Shown in pieces: positions 36,005-45,663 of a DNA stretch of 64,000 bases. Below the pieces are notes generated by a model. That model saw nothing but the letters and a program-made list of their open reading frames with translations, made no database searches and was not told the origin of the DNA. Numbering within the stretch: position 1 is the stretch's first letter; the number at the start of each line of letters is the position of its first letter. Source of the stretch: a virus; the IMG/VR virus record IMGVR_UViG_3300045391_003842, positions 51,789 through 115,788 of that record, one strand, 5' to 3'. The position numbers were made by a program, and so were the translations under genes.

Positions 36005-36765
36005 GCATTACGCCCCTCATCGCACGGGCTCGAGTCGTCGCAGTGGACGTGCCAAGCCGGCGGCTGATGGTGTCGTTGCCGTCCACCCAGATCGTGATTG
36101 TGCAGACTGGCTACCATGGGCAGGCCGATGGTTTGCGCATTTCGCATAAGGCGCTCCCAATCCGCGGCACTGAAGGCCTTGTCGTATTCCCGTCCGGCGA
36201 CAACCGGAACGGCGTCTGGCTCATGTCCATCTACGTGCAGCAGGTGAATGCGCTCACCACGCAAACCGATGCCAATATGGAATATGACGCGCACTGGTCC
36301 GGCTTCTGGCGCCTGCTGGATGGGTCAGGAAACCTGACTAATCAATTTCCGGATGGCACCTTTATTCAGATCGGCTCCGGTACCACGCCGCCGGCCACGA
36401 CGCGCAACATCGTCAACGCCAAGCAAGAGCAAGAGCAAACGCCTGTCGAAATGTCGGATCGTGTGGCCAAGCCACCGAGTCCGTTCAATGTCACGGTAAA
36501 GCACGCAACCGGAACCACACTGAACGTTGCGCCAAACGGCGACGTGTCTGTGTCAGGCGGCGCCGGCAACAAGATGACGATGACGTTCGGCGGCACTGTG
36601 GTCACGATCGATAGCCAGGGCCTGCACGTGAACAACAGCATAACGGCACAAGGAAATATCACGGCGGGCAGCGGCACGAATGATTCTGTGACGCTCCAGT
36701 TGCACACCCACAAAGAGAACGGCACAGGCGGTGGGACAACCAATCCGCCCAACGCAGGCACCTAA
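36001..36765 (+). CDS. baseplate central spike (gpV-like)
   Basis: OB-fold N-terminus LP..GTEGLV.F..GD; beta-helix; L..HTH....G..T..P tip. Confidence 0.85.
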   Translation: MSITPLIARARVVAVDVPSRRLMVSLPSTQIVIVQTGYHGQADGLRISHKALPIRGTEGLVVFPSGDNRNGVWLMSIYVQQVNALTTQTDANMEYDAHWSGFWRLLDGSGNLTNQFPDGTFIQIGSGTTPPATTRNIVNAKQEQEQTPVEMSDRVAKPPSPFNVTVKHATGTTLNVAPNGDVSVSGGAGNKMTMTFGGTVVTIDSQGLHVNNSITAQGNITAGSGTNDSVTLQLHTHKENGTGGGTTNPPNAGT

Positions 36766-36767
36766 AT

Positions 36768-39700
36768 ATGTCAGGCACACAGACTAACACCGTTGTCATG
36801 ACCTTCCCTGGCGGCAACCAGACCGGCCGGGCTGTTTCGCTGACGCCATGGGGTGTCGCCGATCTGCTGATGCCGCTCTGGCCGAATAAGGCGGCCTATG
36901 GGTTCAGCGCGTCAGGGAATGCCGTTGTTGTCACGCCGGTACCGGTACCTGTTTTCGCACTGCCACTTCTGCGCCCTGGCGCGCCGGGTTCCATCACCGA
37001 CAGCAATGGCCTGATCTACGAACTGACCAGCGACGAGCATATGACCGTCAACGGCCAGGAAATCGGCGACAGCGCCGGCACGGTCGCGCTTACCTATGTG
37101 AGCGGCACGATCTGGGCGGAATCGGATACTTTCAACACGGGGGATTGGTTCACCTACAGCCCGGCTACATCCGGGTTCACGCCGATGGCGCCGGCCCAGC
37201 CGCCGGGCTGGAACGGCGTTTCATCTCTAACGGTGGATTCCACACCCGGGTACGCGGGTGCCGTCTCCGACGCGTCGGGCAATGCATGGCTTGCGCCCTA
37301 TAATGGGCCGCTCACTTTCGTGCCCGGCGATGGCTCGTTTGGCACCCTGTATCCGATGCCGTTGACTGCGTCAGGCACCATCACAACTGACATCGTGATG
37401 CTGAACGATGTTCCTTACGTGGTCACCACGTCAGGCAGCATTTACGGCCTGTCCGGGTCCATCGTTGTGCCGATTACCGGCAGCTTCGGGGGCCTGACGC
37501 GAGGCGCCGCGGCGGATACCAGCAACATCTATGCTTTGCTGCCGCAGACCAAGCAGATGGGCGTCTTTTCGTTCTCGGCGCCGTTCTCGGGCTCCGTCGC
37601 GAAGCATACCACGCCGATGGACGTGCCAGCATTTGTGGTGTCCGGCCCGAACGGCACGGCGATCGGCGGATGGTCGCAGAGCACGTTCAGCTTCGTCACG
37701 ACGGCGGTTGACCTAAGCCCGGCGTCAGGCTTCGCCGCGGCCGTCACCAGTGGCACTGGGGATCTCACGCTGCTGACGGGCCATGATCCATCTTGGACGG
37801 TGGTGCAGACGGTCTCGGGCCTGACCGGGCCGGCAGATGTGGCCTGGGCGAACGCCGGCACGCAGGTGCTGGTGACAGAACCTTCCGCGAACCACGTTGC
37901 GATCTACAATCTGATCACCGGCACGCTGACATTTGACATCAATCTGTCTGTGTCAGGCGCAACGAATATCGCGATCCTGACGACAGATTCGCAAGCTTTG
38001 GTGTCGCAGTCGTCGCATAATCAGGTTTCTCTCATCACCTCCGAGGTGAACAACTGGGTTGTCAGTTCCGTCGTCACAGGGATCGCCGCGGCGTCTGACA
38101 TAGCCATTGTATCTGACACGGAAGCCTTGGTGGCGTGCGCGAGCGGCGTCGCCTTCCTTTCGTTCAACACCGGCACCTGGGGGGTGAGCAAACTCGTATC
38201 GGGACTGCCCTACAACCCGACCGGGATGGATTGGTTCATTGATACGGATGGGCTGATCACGGCGGTTACGGCCGGTGTGGTGGGTGCGTCCGGCCGCGTG
38301 GATCTGGTGAAGACCACAGGACTCGGCGCCAGCGGATCATGGGCGGGTTCGGCCGGCGAGGTGCTATGGCGTCAAGGCCAGATCGCGATTGCGGACCCAA
38401 GCAATGATGTGGTGCGCGTGTTCGGTGAAGTCGGCGCAAGCTTGCGGAGCATGGGCACAAACGCCGGGCCGGATGGCGTGGCCACGATCGGGCAGACCGG
38501 CACGAGTCTGTGGCTCGGCGGCAGCGCGGCGACATGGCAGAGTCGGTTCACCGCGCCCTACAAAATCGTGCCGTACAACCATGGTTATGTCGCCACCTGG
38601 GATGGTAGCAGCTTCACGACGGTGGACCTGGGTGTGGAGCACCAGCCGAGTGCTGGCGTGTGGGGGCCGTCCGGCGTTTGGGTGGCGACCACACAAAATG
38701 ATCTTTACGTCATAAACGATGGTATCCTGGTGCAGCAGCTTATCCTGCCCGCTGATCCGCAGCCGGCAGGCGTGCCACTGGGCATGTCGGAATTCCAGTT
38801 CTGGAACGGCGAGCTTTACGCGTCCAGCAGTCTGAATAATGGGCTCATGGCATTGGCGCCAGCCCAGGCCAGCGGCGCGCCGGTTCCGCCCAGCAACCTT
38901 GTTTTGGCGCTGTCCGGAGCCGCAGCTACGTCGGTGGGATTGACTTGGAACGTGCCTGCCGGAACACCGCCGTTTTCGTACGAAACATTCTACCGCGTGG
39001 GATCGCTTGGCTCGTTCTCGCTCTATGCGTCCGGTACGGCAACCAGCCTGCTTGTCTCGGGCCTGAGCGGCAACACCAACTATAACTTTGCGGTATCTGG
39101 CATCAACGAAGCTGGGCACACGACGTCGAATATCCTTTCGGCGCAGACGCAACCTACGATCGGGTCTCCGACTCTGACCGGTACGCTTGGCGCGTCTGGC
39201 GTAGAGAACCTGTCTTGGACGGTGCCAAGCGGCGCGCAACCGATCAACTACCAGCCGTTTTTCCAGGACACCACGCTGGGCTCCACGTGGACTCCGTTCG
39301 GTGGCGTCACGTCGCAAACCAGCACGCAGATTGGCAACCTGACGGCAGGCCACACCTATAACTTCGCGGTGTCGGGCATCAATTCGACTGGCAACAACGT
39401 GTCTAACACGGTGACGCAGCTTGTGCCGGGGCCGCCGGACGCGCCTGTGCTGAGCGTCACGCAGATCAATTCCAGTTCTGTGGCGGCGTCTTGGAACTTA
39501 GTTGCAAATGCAATAAACTATCAAATGCAGCTAGGGCCTGTGACGCATGGCTCGCCGACCTTCGTAAACTACGGCGGACCGCTGTCGAACACGACAACAT
39601 CGATCACTGTCAGCGGTCTTAACCCTCTGACCACGTATAGCTTCCGGGTAGTGGCCACGAGTGCCGGCGGCTCTACGAACTCGAATGTGGTGACGCTGAA

Positions 39701-41735
39701 TGCGGCGACGACACCGCCAACGTCTATAGCATTCACAGGCGTCAGCGGTGTGACCAATAGCTCCGCTCTGCTTGGCTATGTGGTTTGCGGCGGATCAACG
39801 CCGATCACGACTCAGTTTCGTGGCACAAACGAGACTAATTCCATAGTTGCCAACATGGCGACCACGACAGCCACGTCTGGGTCTGTTTTGATTAACGGTC
39901 TCTTTCCGGACACCAGTTATGCCTTTGTCGCGACCGCGCAAAATAGCGCCGGTATCGTAATAACGAGCCAAGGCGTCGGCTTGACAACGAAGGCCTTGGC
40001 AGCGGCGAGCGGCACCCAGGTTGCGACGTTCTCGCCATCTGGCCAGACGCCCGTGTTTGTCGGCCCGACCGGGCTCACGGTTGCACCCGGCATGACGATC
40101 GCGCTCAATGGCATATCGGTGTTTGACGAACCGACGTCGGATACGGTGATTCTGGTCAACACAAATTGGGATAACGCCACGGTGTTCGCCACCAGCAGCG
40201 GCGTACCGTGCCAGGGTGCAGGGACCGGCGGCCCAGATGGCGGCATGGCCATACCGTCCACCAGCAGCGGCCTGGACATCAACGGCATCAACGCGGCGCT
40301 GGCGACGCTGACTTACACCGCACCGCCGAACGGCTCTGGAATCACTAGCGACGTCATCCAGATCCTGGGTTTTGACAGCAATACACCGTCCGGCTCGCCG
40401 ACGGTACCGAACATCAGCATCGCGGTGACGATCACAAGCGGGGTGGCCAGCGGCTTTCCGGTGTCTGGCTACAGCCAGTACCATCCATCTGCCTATACCA
40501 ACCCTGGTAGTGGGCAGGCGCTCCTACTGCCACAAGGCTACCTGTCCACCAGCGGCAACCAGTTTGTGGATCCGAACAACGGCAACCTGCCGGTGCGCAT
40601 CATGGGCGCCAACTACGCCGGGATGGAGTTTGGCAACGCGCTCAACACGGAGTCTGACCCGTCCTCCATTCCGTTCTGCACGTGGCAGGTGTCTTACAAG
40701 GTCTTCTTCAAATCGCTGGTGCAGAACGGCATCAATGCGATCCGGTGGAATTACTGCGATGCCGGACTAGCAGGCACGCCGCCGATGAGCACGGACGGCG
40801 CCAACTTCAGCATCAACACCACGGTCAATCCGGATCTGGCCGGCAAGACGGTGCTGGAGATCATCGATACGATGCTGGCGTATTGCGCCGAAATCGGGCT
40901 CAAGGTGTGGTTTGGCCGCATGTGGCAGAACCCGACCGTGGGTCAGACCACGCTGCCTTACGGCACTCCGTCTGGCATCGGCAGTCTTGTCAACTGGACC
41001 CAGCAGGCGGTTATCGACAACATGGTTATGTTGGCACAAAGATATGCCAACAATCCAACTGTTATCGGCTTCGAGTTGAACAATGAGATCTTCTCGCCGC
41101 CGTGCACATGGGGCGACGGAAACCCGGACACGGACGTGCGGCTGTGGTGGCAGAACGCCGGCAACGCGATCTTGGCCGTTAACCCGAACGTGCTCATCAT
41201 CTGCCAAGCCTATGGCATCCTGACTCCGCCGCCGTTCAGCGCGGATGGCGGCACGATCGCGGACCTGTCGCCGTTCACCCAGTTTCCGGTGGCGCTGACG
41301 ATACCGAACAAGCTGGCTTTCTCGGTGCACTCGTACGAACCGTCCATTAACTCGGGACCGCAGCAGCCGGCGACCTGGAATCCGTACTGGGGTTTCCTCT
41401 ACAGCAGCAACACCGTGCCTATCCTCATGACGGAGTACGGTTATCTTGCCGCGGACATCGCCTCCGGTGCGCCCAATTTTGCGTCTACCCAGGCCTGGGT
41501 AAGCCGCCTGACCACGTATGTCACGGCCGGCACGTCCGGATCCATTTCGGGCATTCCGGCCGGCGGCTATCCGCCATCCATGACATGGTTTTGTGCTGAT
41601 GCGAGCGGGCCGACCGAAGGCGACGGCGCCAGTGTGGACAACTCCGGGTTCTGCTTAGTGGCAGCCGCTGACTGGACCACGATCCTGCCGGGCCAGTTTG
41701 CGTGGCTTCCGCCGGTAATGTTCTATAGGAAGTAA
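36768..41735 (+). CDS. large tail/baseplate protein: beta-propeller + FN3 repeats + C-terminal GH5 endoglucanase
   Basis: FN3 repeats (LTW..P......Y...Y.F.V...N..G); GYLSTSGNQFVD, GFELNNE, SVHSY, P.LMTEYG. Confidence 0.8.
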   Translation: MSGTQTNTVVMTFPGGNQTGRAVSLTPWGVADLLMPLWPNKAAYGFSASGNAVVVTPVPVPVFALPLLRPGAPGSITDSNGLIYELTSDEHMTVNGQEIGDSAGTVALTYVSGTIWAESDTFNTGDWFTYSPATSGFTPMAPAQPPGWNGVSSLTVDSTPGYAGAVSDASGNAWLAPYNGPLTFVPGDGSFGTLYPMPLTASGTITTDIVMLNDVPYVVTTSGSIYGLSGSIVVPITGSFGGLTRGAAADTSNIYALLPQTKQMGVFSFSAPFSGSVAKHTTPMDVPAFVVSGPNGTAIGGWSQSTFSFVTTAVDLSPASGFAAAVTSGTGDLTLLTGHDPSWTVVQTVSGLTGPADVAWANAGTQVLVTEPSANHVAIYNLITGTLTFDINLSVSGATNIAILTTDSQALVSQSSHNQVSLITSEVNNWVVSSVVTGIAAASDIAIVSDTEALVACASGVAFLSFNTGTWGVSKLVSGLPYNPTGMDWFIDTDGLITAVTAGVVGASGRVDLVKTTGLGASGSWAGSAGEVLWRQGQIAIADPSNDVVRVFGEVGASLRSMGTNAGPDGVATIGQTGTSLWLGGSAATWQSRFTAPYKIVPYNHGYVATWDGSSFTTVDLGVEHQPSAGVWGPSGVWVATTQNDLYVINDGILVQQLILPADPQPAGVPLGMSEFQFWNGELYASSSLNNGLMALAPAQASGAPVPPSNLVLALSGAAATSVGLTWNVPAGTPPFSYETFYRVGSLGSFSLYASGTATSLLVSGLSGNTNYNFAVSGINEAGHTTSNILSAQTQPTIGSPTLTGTLGASGVENLSWTVPSGAQPINYQPFFQDTTLGSTWTPFGGVTSQTSTQIGNLTAGHTYNFAVSGINSTGNNVSNTVTQLVPGPPDAPVLSVTQINSSSVAASWNLVANAINYQMQLGPVTHGSPTFVNYGGPLSNTTTSITVSGLNPLTTYSFRVVATSAGGSTNSNVVTLNAATTPPTSIAFTGVSGVTNSSALLGYVVCGGSTPITTQFRGTNETNSIVANMATTTATSGSVLINGLFPDTSYAFVATAQNSAGIVITSQGVGLTTKALAAASGTQVATFSPSGQTPVFVGPTGLTVAPGMTIALNGISVFDEPTSDTVILVNTNWDNATVFATSSGVPCQGAGTGGPDGGMAIPSTSSGLDINGINAALATLTYTAPPNGSGITSDVIQILGFDSNTPSGSPTVPNISIAVTITSGVASGFPVSGYSQYHPSAYTNPGSGQALLLPQGYLSTSGNQFVDPNNGNLPVRIMGANYAGMEFGNALNTESDPSSIPFCTWQVSYKVFFKSLVQNGINAIRWNYCDAGLAGTPPMSTDGANFSINTTVNPDLAGKTVLEIIDTMLAYCAEIGLKVWFGRMWQNPTVGQTTLPYGTPSGIGSLVNWTQQAVIDNMVMLAQRYANNPTVIGFELNNEIFSPPCTWGDGNPDTDVRLWWQNAGNAILAVNPNVLIICQAYGILTPPPFSADGGTIADLSPFTQFPVALTIPNKLAFSVHSYEPSINSGPQQPATWNPYWGFLYSSNTVPILMTEYGYLAADIASGAPNFASTQAWVSRLTTYVTAGTSGSISGIPAGGYPPSMTWFCADASGPTEGDGASVDNSGFCLVAAADWTTILPGQFAWLPPVMFYRK

Positions 41736-41738
41736 GGT

Positions 41739-42407
41739 ATGGCCAACGCGCTCACCTCCCTGCTGTCGCAGAACTTCCGCACGGTAAAGGTGCCGAATGT
41801 CCGGCTCGCGCTCTACACGCTGAGCATACGGAGCCCTGGCTTCTCCCTGCTGTCGTTCTTCACGTACACGTTTGCGATCAGCCCGATGTCACTGCGTAAA
41901 GCGCCCGTGGCGATGAGCGCGGTCTACGATTCTTCCGGCCCGGCGTCGAAAGGTGGCGTCACGCGGAATATCGACAGCTTCGGCATGGCGCCGCCGATCT
42001 TCATGCTGGAGGGCACCACTGGCTGGGACCGTCACAATATTGACGGCTATATCTTCACTGGCCAGCAGTCAGTGCAGCAGTTGCAGTACTTGTTTGAACT
42101 GTATGCGCAGCTAAACCAAGCGCAGAAGAACGTCAACAATCCCAATCTGTACACGCTGGAACTGTACGATTACTTCAACCAGGATTACTGGCAGGTTGAA
42201 CCGATCGGCGAGATGGAATTCCGACTGACGGCGCAGGCGCCCATGCTGACGTTCTACAGTCTGCGGCTCGCCGCGATCCAGCCGGTGAGCGCGCCGATCA
42301 TCTCCGACATCTTCGCCGATCCGGTGCAGCAGATCTTCGCCGCCGGGGCGAGTTCAGCGGCTTCTGGATTGAAAGACGCAATCAGTGGCATATTAGGCGC
42401 CTACTGA
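41739..42407 (+). CDS. baseplate-associated protein
   Basis: position; DSFG.....F.LEGTTGW. Confidence 0.55.
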   Translation: MANALTSLLSQNFRTVKVPNVRLALYTLSIRSPGFSLLSFFTYTFAISPMSLRKAPVAMSAVYDSSGPASKGGVTRNIDSFGMAPPIFMLEGTTGWDRHNIDGYIFTGQQSVQQLQYLFELYAQLNQAQKNVNNPNLYTLELYDYFNQDYWQVEPIGEMEFRLTAQAPMLTFYSLRLAAIQPVSAPIISDIFADPVQQIFAAGASSAASGLKDAISGILGAY

Positions 42408-42419
42408 CCGAGGGTTGTT

Positions 42420-43832
42420 ATGGCACTGCCGCTGGCCGGATACCCGCTAACGATCTGGACAGCCATTCGCGCTGCCCTGACGTACGCGGCTGCCAACATC
42501 AATGCCAGCGATCCGACGCAGACTAAGGCGCTGATCATGGCCTTGGCCGAGACGTTGGACAACGGGCAAGCCGCCTTGGCCGCATACCAATTCTCGGTTG
42601 GTACACAGGTCAATTTTGAAGCCCTGGTGCAAGTCGCCTCGCTGCCTCTGACCCTGGACCCTGCCACCAAGGCCGCCCTGCTGAACCGAATCGAGGCGAT
42701 GCAGGAAGCCGTGCTTCAGGCGCAGGCGCTCCAGGTTGTGCCGACTGTCAACCCGGCGGTCATGGTGAACGGCACGCCGATGATTCCAGATCCCAAGTAT
42801 CTGGAGTTCCTGTTGAATTTCACAGGAGAGGCGATACCGGACGGACTCACCCTGACCAATTTGACAGCCCAGGCGGCGGCCAACGCCCAGGCTTGGACCA
42901 CGATCGCACAGGCCTTGCAGACCCAGGGTGTGAATTTTACCGGTACCTCCTTAAACGAGGTGCAGCAGATGGGCCGGGCCGCGTCGGTGGTGGCCAGCAT
43001 CCTGCCGAATGTGCAGCTTGCCTCGAATGCGAACCTGCTCACGGTGTGGAACACGCTGGTGGCAATGCCGACGATCGGGCGCACTGCCTCTATGACAGCT
43101 ACGGACCCAACCAGCCTGACAGCGCAGGCGATGGCTATTGCACGGTTGGTCACGCTGACCGCTCTGCAAAAAGTGAACAACCTGATCGTCACCATGCGGG
43201 CCTCCGTCGTGGTGGGCCAGCCGCGGCTGGCAACCGTGCGGCGCAATGACAATCTGATGGACATCGCGAGTCGGGAGCTTGGCAATTTCGAGGCGTGGCG
43301 CGACATCGCGACGCTCAATAATCTGTCGCCGCCGTACGTGGCGAACGTCAAGAGCCTGGGCGTCGCTGGGCCGGGCGATCAGTTGTTCATTCCGCAGCCC
43401 GGCGCGACAATCACAAGCACGGGGCAGGCGCCGAACTATCTGAACAACTACCTTGGTGTGGATCTCTACCTGGGGCCGCTCAATTCGGACATGGCGCCAT
43501 GGGCCGGCGACTTTCAGGTCATTGGCGGCTACCAGAACCTTTCGTTCTCGCTCGGGCGGCGCCTGCAAACGCCGCTGGAGCAACTGATCTACCATCTCAA
43601 TTTTGGGTCACGCATCCCGCCTGAGATCGGCTCCATCACGGATTCCAGGATTGCCGGCGTGCTGGAAGCGTACACGGAATCCTGCCTGCAATCTGACCCG
43701 CGTGTGGATAAGATTGTCAGCGTTGATGTTTCCATTCAGCGAGACAACGCGTTTCAAATAAAATCAGTTGTGCAGCCGAACGGCTTGGGTGCCAATGACG
43801 TGACGGTCAACGAAGTGTTAGGGCCTATCTGA
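42420..43832 (+). CDS. baseplate protein: LysM-like domain + gp25-like wedge domain
   Basis: VRRNDNLMDIASRELG....WRDIA.LN.L; NL...L.RRL.TP...L.YH..FGS...L..DPRV. Confidence 0.8.
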   Translation: MALPLAGYPLTIWTAIRAALTYAAANINASDPTQTKALIMALAETLDNGQAALAAYQFSVGTQVNFEALVQVASLPLTLDPATKAALLNRIEAMQEAVLQAQALQVVPTVNPAVMVNGTPMIPDPKYLEFLLNFTGEAIPDGLTLTNLTAQAAANAQAWTTIAQALQTQGVNFTGTSLNEVQQMGRAASVVASILPNVQLASNANLLTVWNTLVAMPTIGRTASMTATDPTSLTAQAMAIARLVTLTALQKVNNLIVTMRASVVVGQPRLATVRRNDNLMDIASRELGNFEAWRDIATLNNLSPPYVANVKSLGVAGPGDQLFIPQPGATITSTGQAPNYLNNYLGVDLYLGPLNSDMAPWAGDFQVIGGYQNLSFSLGRRLQTPLEQLIYHLNFGSRIPPEIGSITDSRIAGVLEAYTESCLQSDPRVDKIVSVDVSIQRDNAFQIKSVVQPNGLGANDVTVNEVLGPI

Positions 43833-45022
43833 TGTCAGGATCGCAAGCCTCCACCATCACCGTTGCCTCGCCGCCGACGACAGAGGAAGTCGCCGCGGAC
43901 TTTTTGGGCTGGATGGGTGCACAGAACGAGGTGGTGACCGACGTCAACGAGGGCTCGCAGGTGCGCACCTTCGCCGAAGCCGTTGGCTCCGTTGTCGATA
44001 CCGAATCCGTCTCTGCCCAGGCCTTGGCATTCCAGGCCTTGGTCTACTCGGCGTTTGCTGCGTTCCAGGTTTTCCCGATCCCGGCGCAGCCGGCGACCAC
44101 GACGCTGACATTCGGCACAGGCGCAGGGGCGAATCCGCCGCCGGTACCGGTGGCTGTCGGCATCCCCCAGGGCACCATCACCCAGACGGTGGGCGGTATC
44201 CAATTTCAGACGCTGGAGAACGCCACCATCCCGGCCGGTGGCACGAGTGTCACGGTACCAGCCGCGGCTGTCGTAGCGGGCGCCGCCGGCAACGTCGCCA
44301 TCGGCACCATTACCCAGATCCTGTCGTCTATCCCCTACACGCTTGTCGTCAACAATCTCCAGGCGGCAACCGGCGGCGCGGATGCGGAAACCCCGGCGGC
44401 GACGCTGGCGCGGTTCACCGCGGTGGTGGGCTCCATCGGCCTGGGCACGCCGGTTGCCGTCGCAAACGCGGCGATCGGCGTCACGGTGTCCGGCACGGGC
44501 GAGACGGTTCGATACGCCACCTGCTACGAGCCCTGGATCGCGCAGCTTATGGCCGGCGTGCAAAACCCGGCGGCCGGCTTTCAGGTCTATGTGGACAACG
44601 GCAGCGGCACGGCGTCGTCTGACCTGCTCGCGGCTGTGGCGGCAAAATTGGATGGTGATTTCGCGTTGAACCTGTTGGGCAATCGTCCGGCAGGCGTGCC
44701 GTATCAGGTCAAACAGGTTGTGCCGGTCCTCGCCAGCGTCGTTGTATCTGGCGTGGTGATCCAGCCGGGCGCGGTGCCGGCGGTGACATCCAGCACGCAA
44801 ACCGCGCTGAACAACTACTATGCGACGCTCAATTTCGGCGACGCGGCGCAACTCAGCCAGATCATCGCTGATGTCGCGAGCGCGGTGCAAGCATCCACCA
44901 GCAGCCTGAGCATCACGCTTCTGGACGCGAACGGCAACTCGCAATCCGTCATCCCGACAGGGCCAACGCAGCGCATCATCCCAGGCGCTGTCGTCATCAA
45001 TTTCACCGGGCCTAGCATCTGA
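43832..45022 (+). CDS. baseplate J-like wedge protein
   Basis: TD.NEGS..R...EA; G.AGNV....IT; TGG.D.ET. Confidence 0.85.
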   Translation: MSGSQASTITVASPPTTEEVAADFLGWMGAQNEVVTDVNEGSQVRTFAEAVGSVVDTESVSAQALAFQALVYSAFAAFQVFPIPAQPATTTLTFGTGAGANPPPVPVAVGIPQGTITQTVGGIQFQTLENATIPAGGTSVTVPAAAVVAGAAGNVAIGTITQILSSIPYTLVVNNLQAATGGADAETPAATLARFTAVVGSIGLGTPVAVANAAIGVTVSGTGETVRYATCYEPWIAQLMAGVQNPAAGFQVYVDNGSGTASSDLLAAVAAKLDGDFALNLLGNRPAGVPYQVKQVVPVLASVVVSGVVIQPGAVPAVTSSTQTALNNYYATLNFGDAAQLSQIIADVASAVQASTSSLSITLLDANGNSQSVIPTGPTQRIIPGAVVINFTGPSI

Positions 45023-45663
45023 TGGATTTCACCGCAGTCAAAAACCGGTTGGATGATCTGCCGCTGACATATAAGCGGCAGGGCTCCACGTACAGCAAGT
45101 TCGACAACGCGCAGACTGCGGCGTTGTTTCGGTATACGAACGCTGTGGACGGCCTTATCACGCAGCTTACCTTCAGTCAGGCGGTCGGACCGTGGTTGAA
45201 TGTGTGGGGGCAGTTGTTCTGCATTCCGCGCAACGCGAATGAGTCTGACAGCGCGTACCGAAACCGCATCACGTCTACCCTGTTGTCAGGCCGGTGCACA
45301 CCTGTCGCGATCGTGGATTATCTGGGCCTGCTCGGGTACAAGGCCACGATTGAGGAAGACTTCGTCAACACGGCGTTCCACATTCAATTTTCGGCGCCGT
45401 TGAACAACGCCACCTTGGCCAACATCGCGACGAACCTTGTGAACGTGCGCCCGGCCGGCGTGCCGTTCCTGCCGTTCAATACGCTGCAAGGTGGGCTCTA
45501 TATCGGCACCGTTGATTTTCTGGACGCACCGAAAGTGACCGGCGCCTATCTCGATACGCCGGTAAGTTCGTTCATTCCGACCATCGCCCAGGCGACAGAC
45601 AACAACATGCCTACCCTGCCGACGCTGTTCCTGACTGACCCAACAATCAACCCAGGTCTATGA
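45022..45663 (+). CDS. baseplate wedge protein (gpI-like)
   Basis: A.G.WL..WG.....R...ESD.AYR.RI ... RPAGV. Confidence 0.8.
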   Translation: MDFTAVKNRLDDLPLTYKRQGSTYSKFDNAQTAALFRYTNAVDGLITQLTFSQAVGPWLNVWGQLFCIPRNANESDSAYRNRITSTLLSGRCTPVAIVDYLGLLGYKATIEEDFVNTAFHIQFSAPLNNATLANIATNLVNVRPAGVPFLPFNTLQGGLYIGTVDFLDAPKVTGAYLDTPVSSFIPTIAQATDNNMPTLPTLFLTDPTINPGL

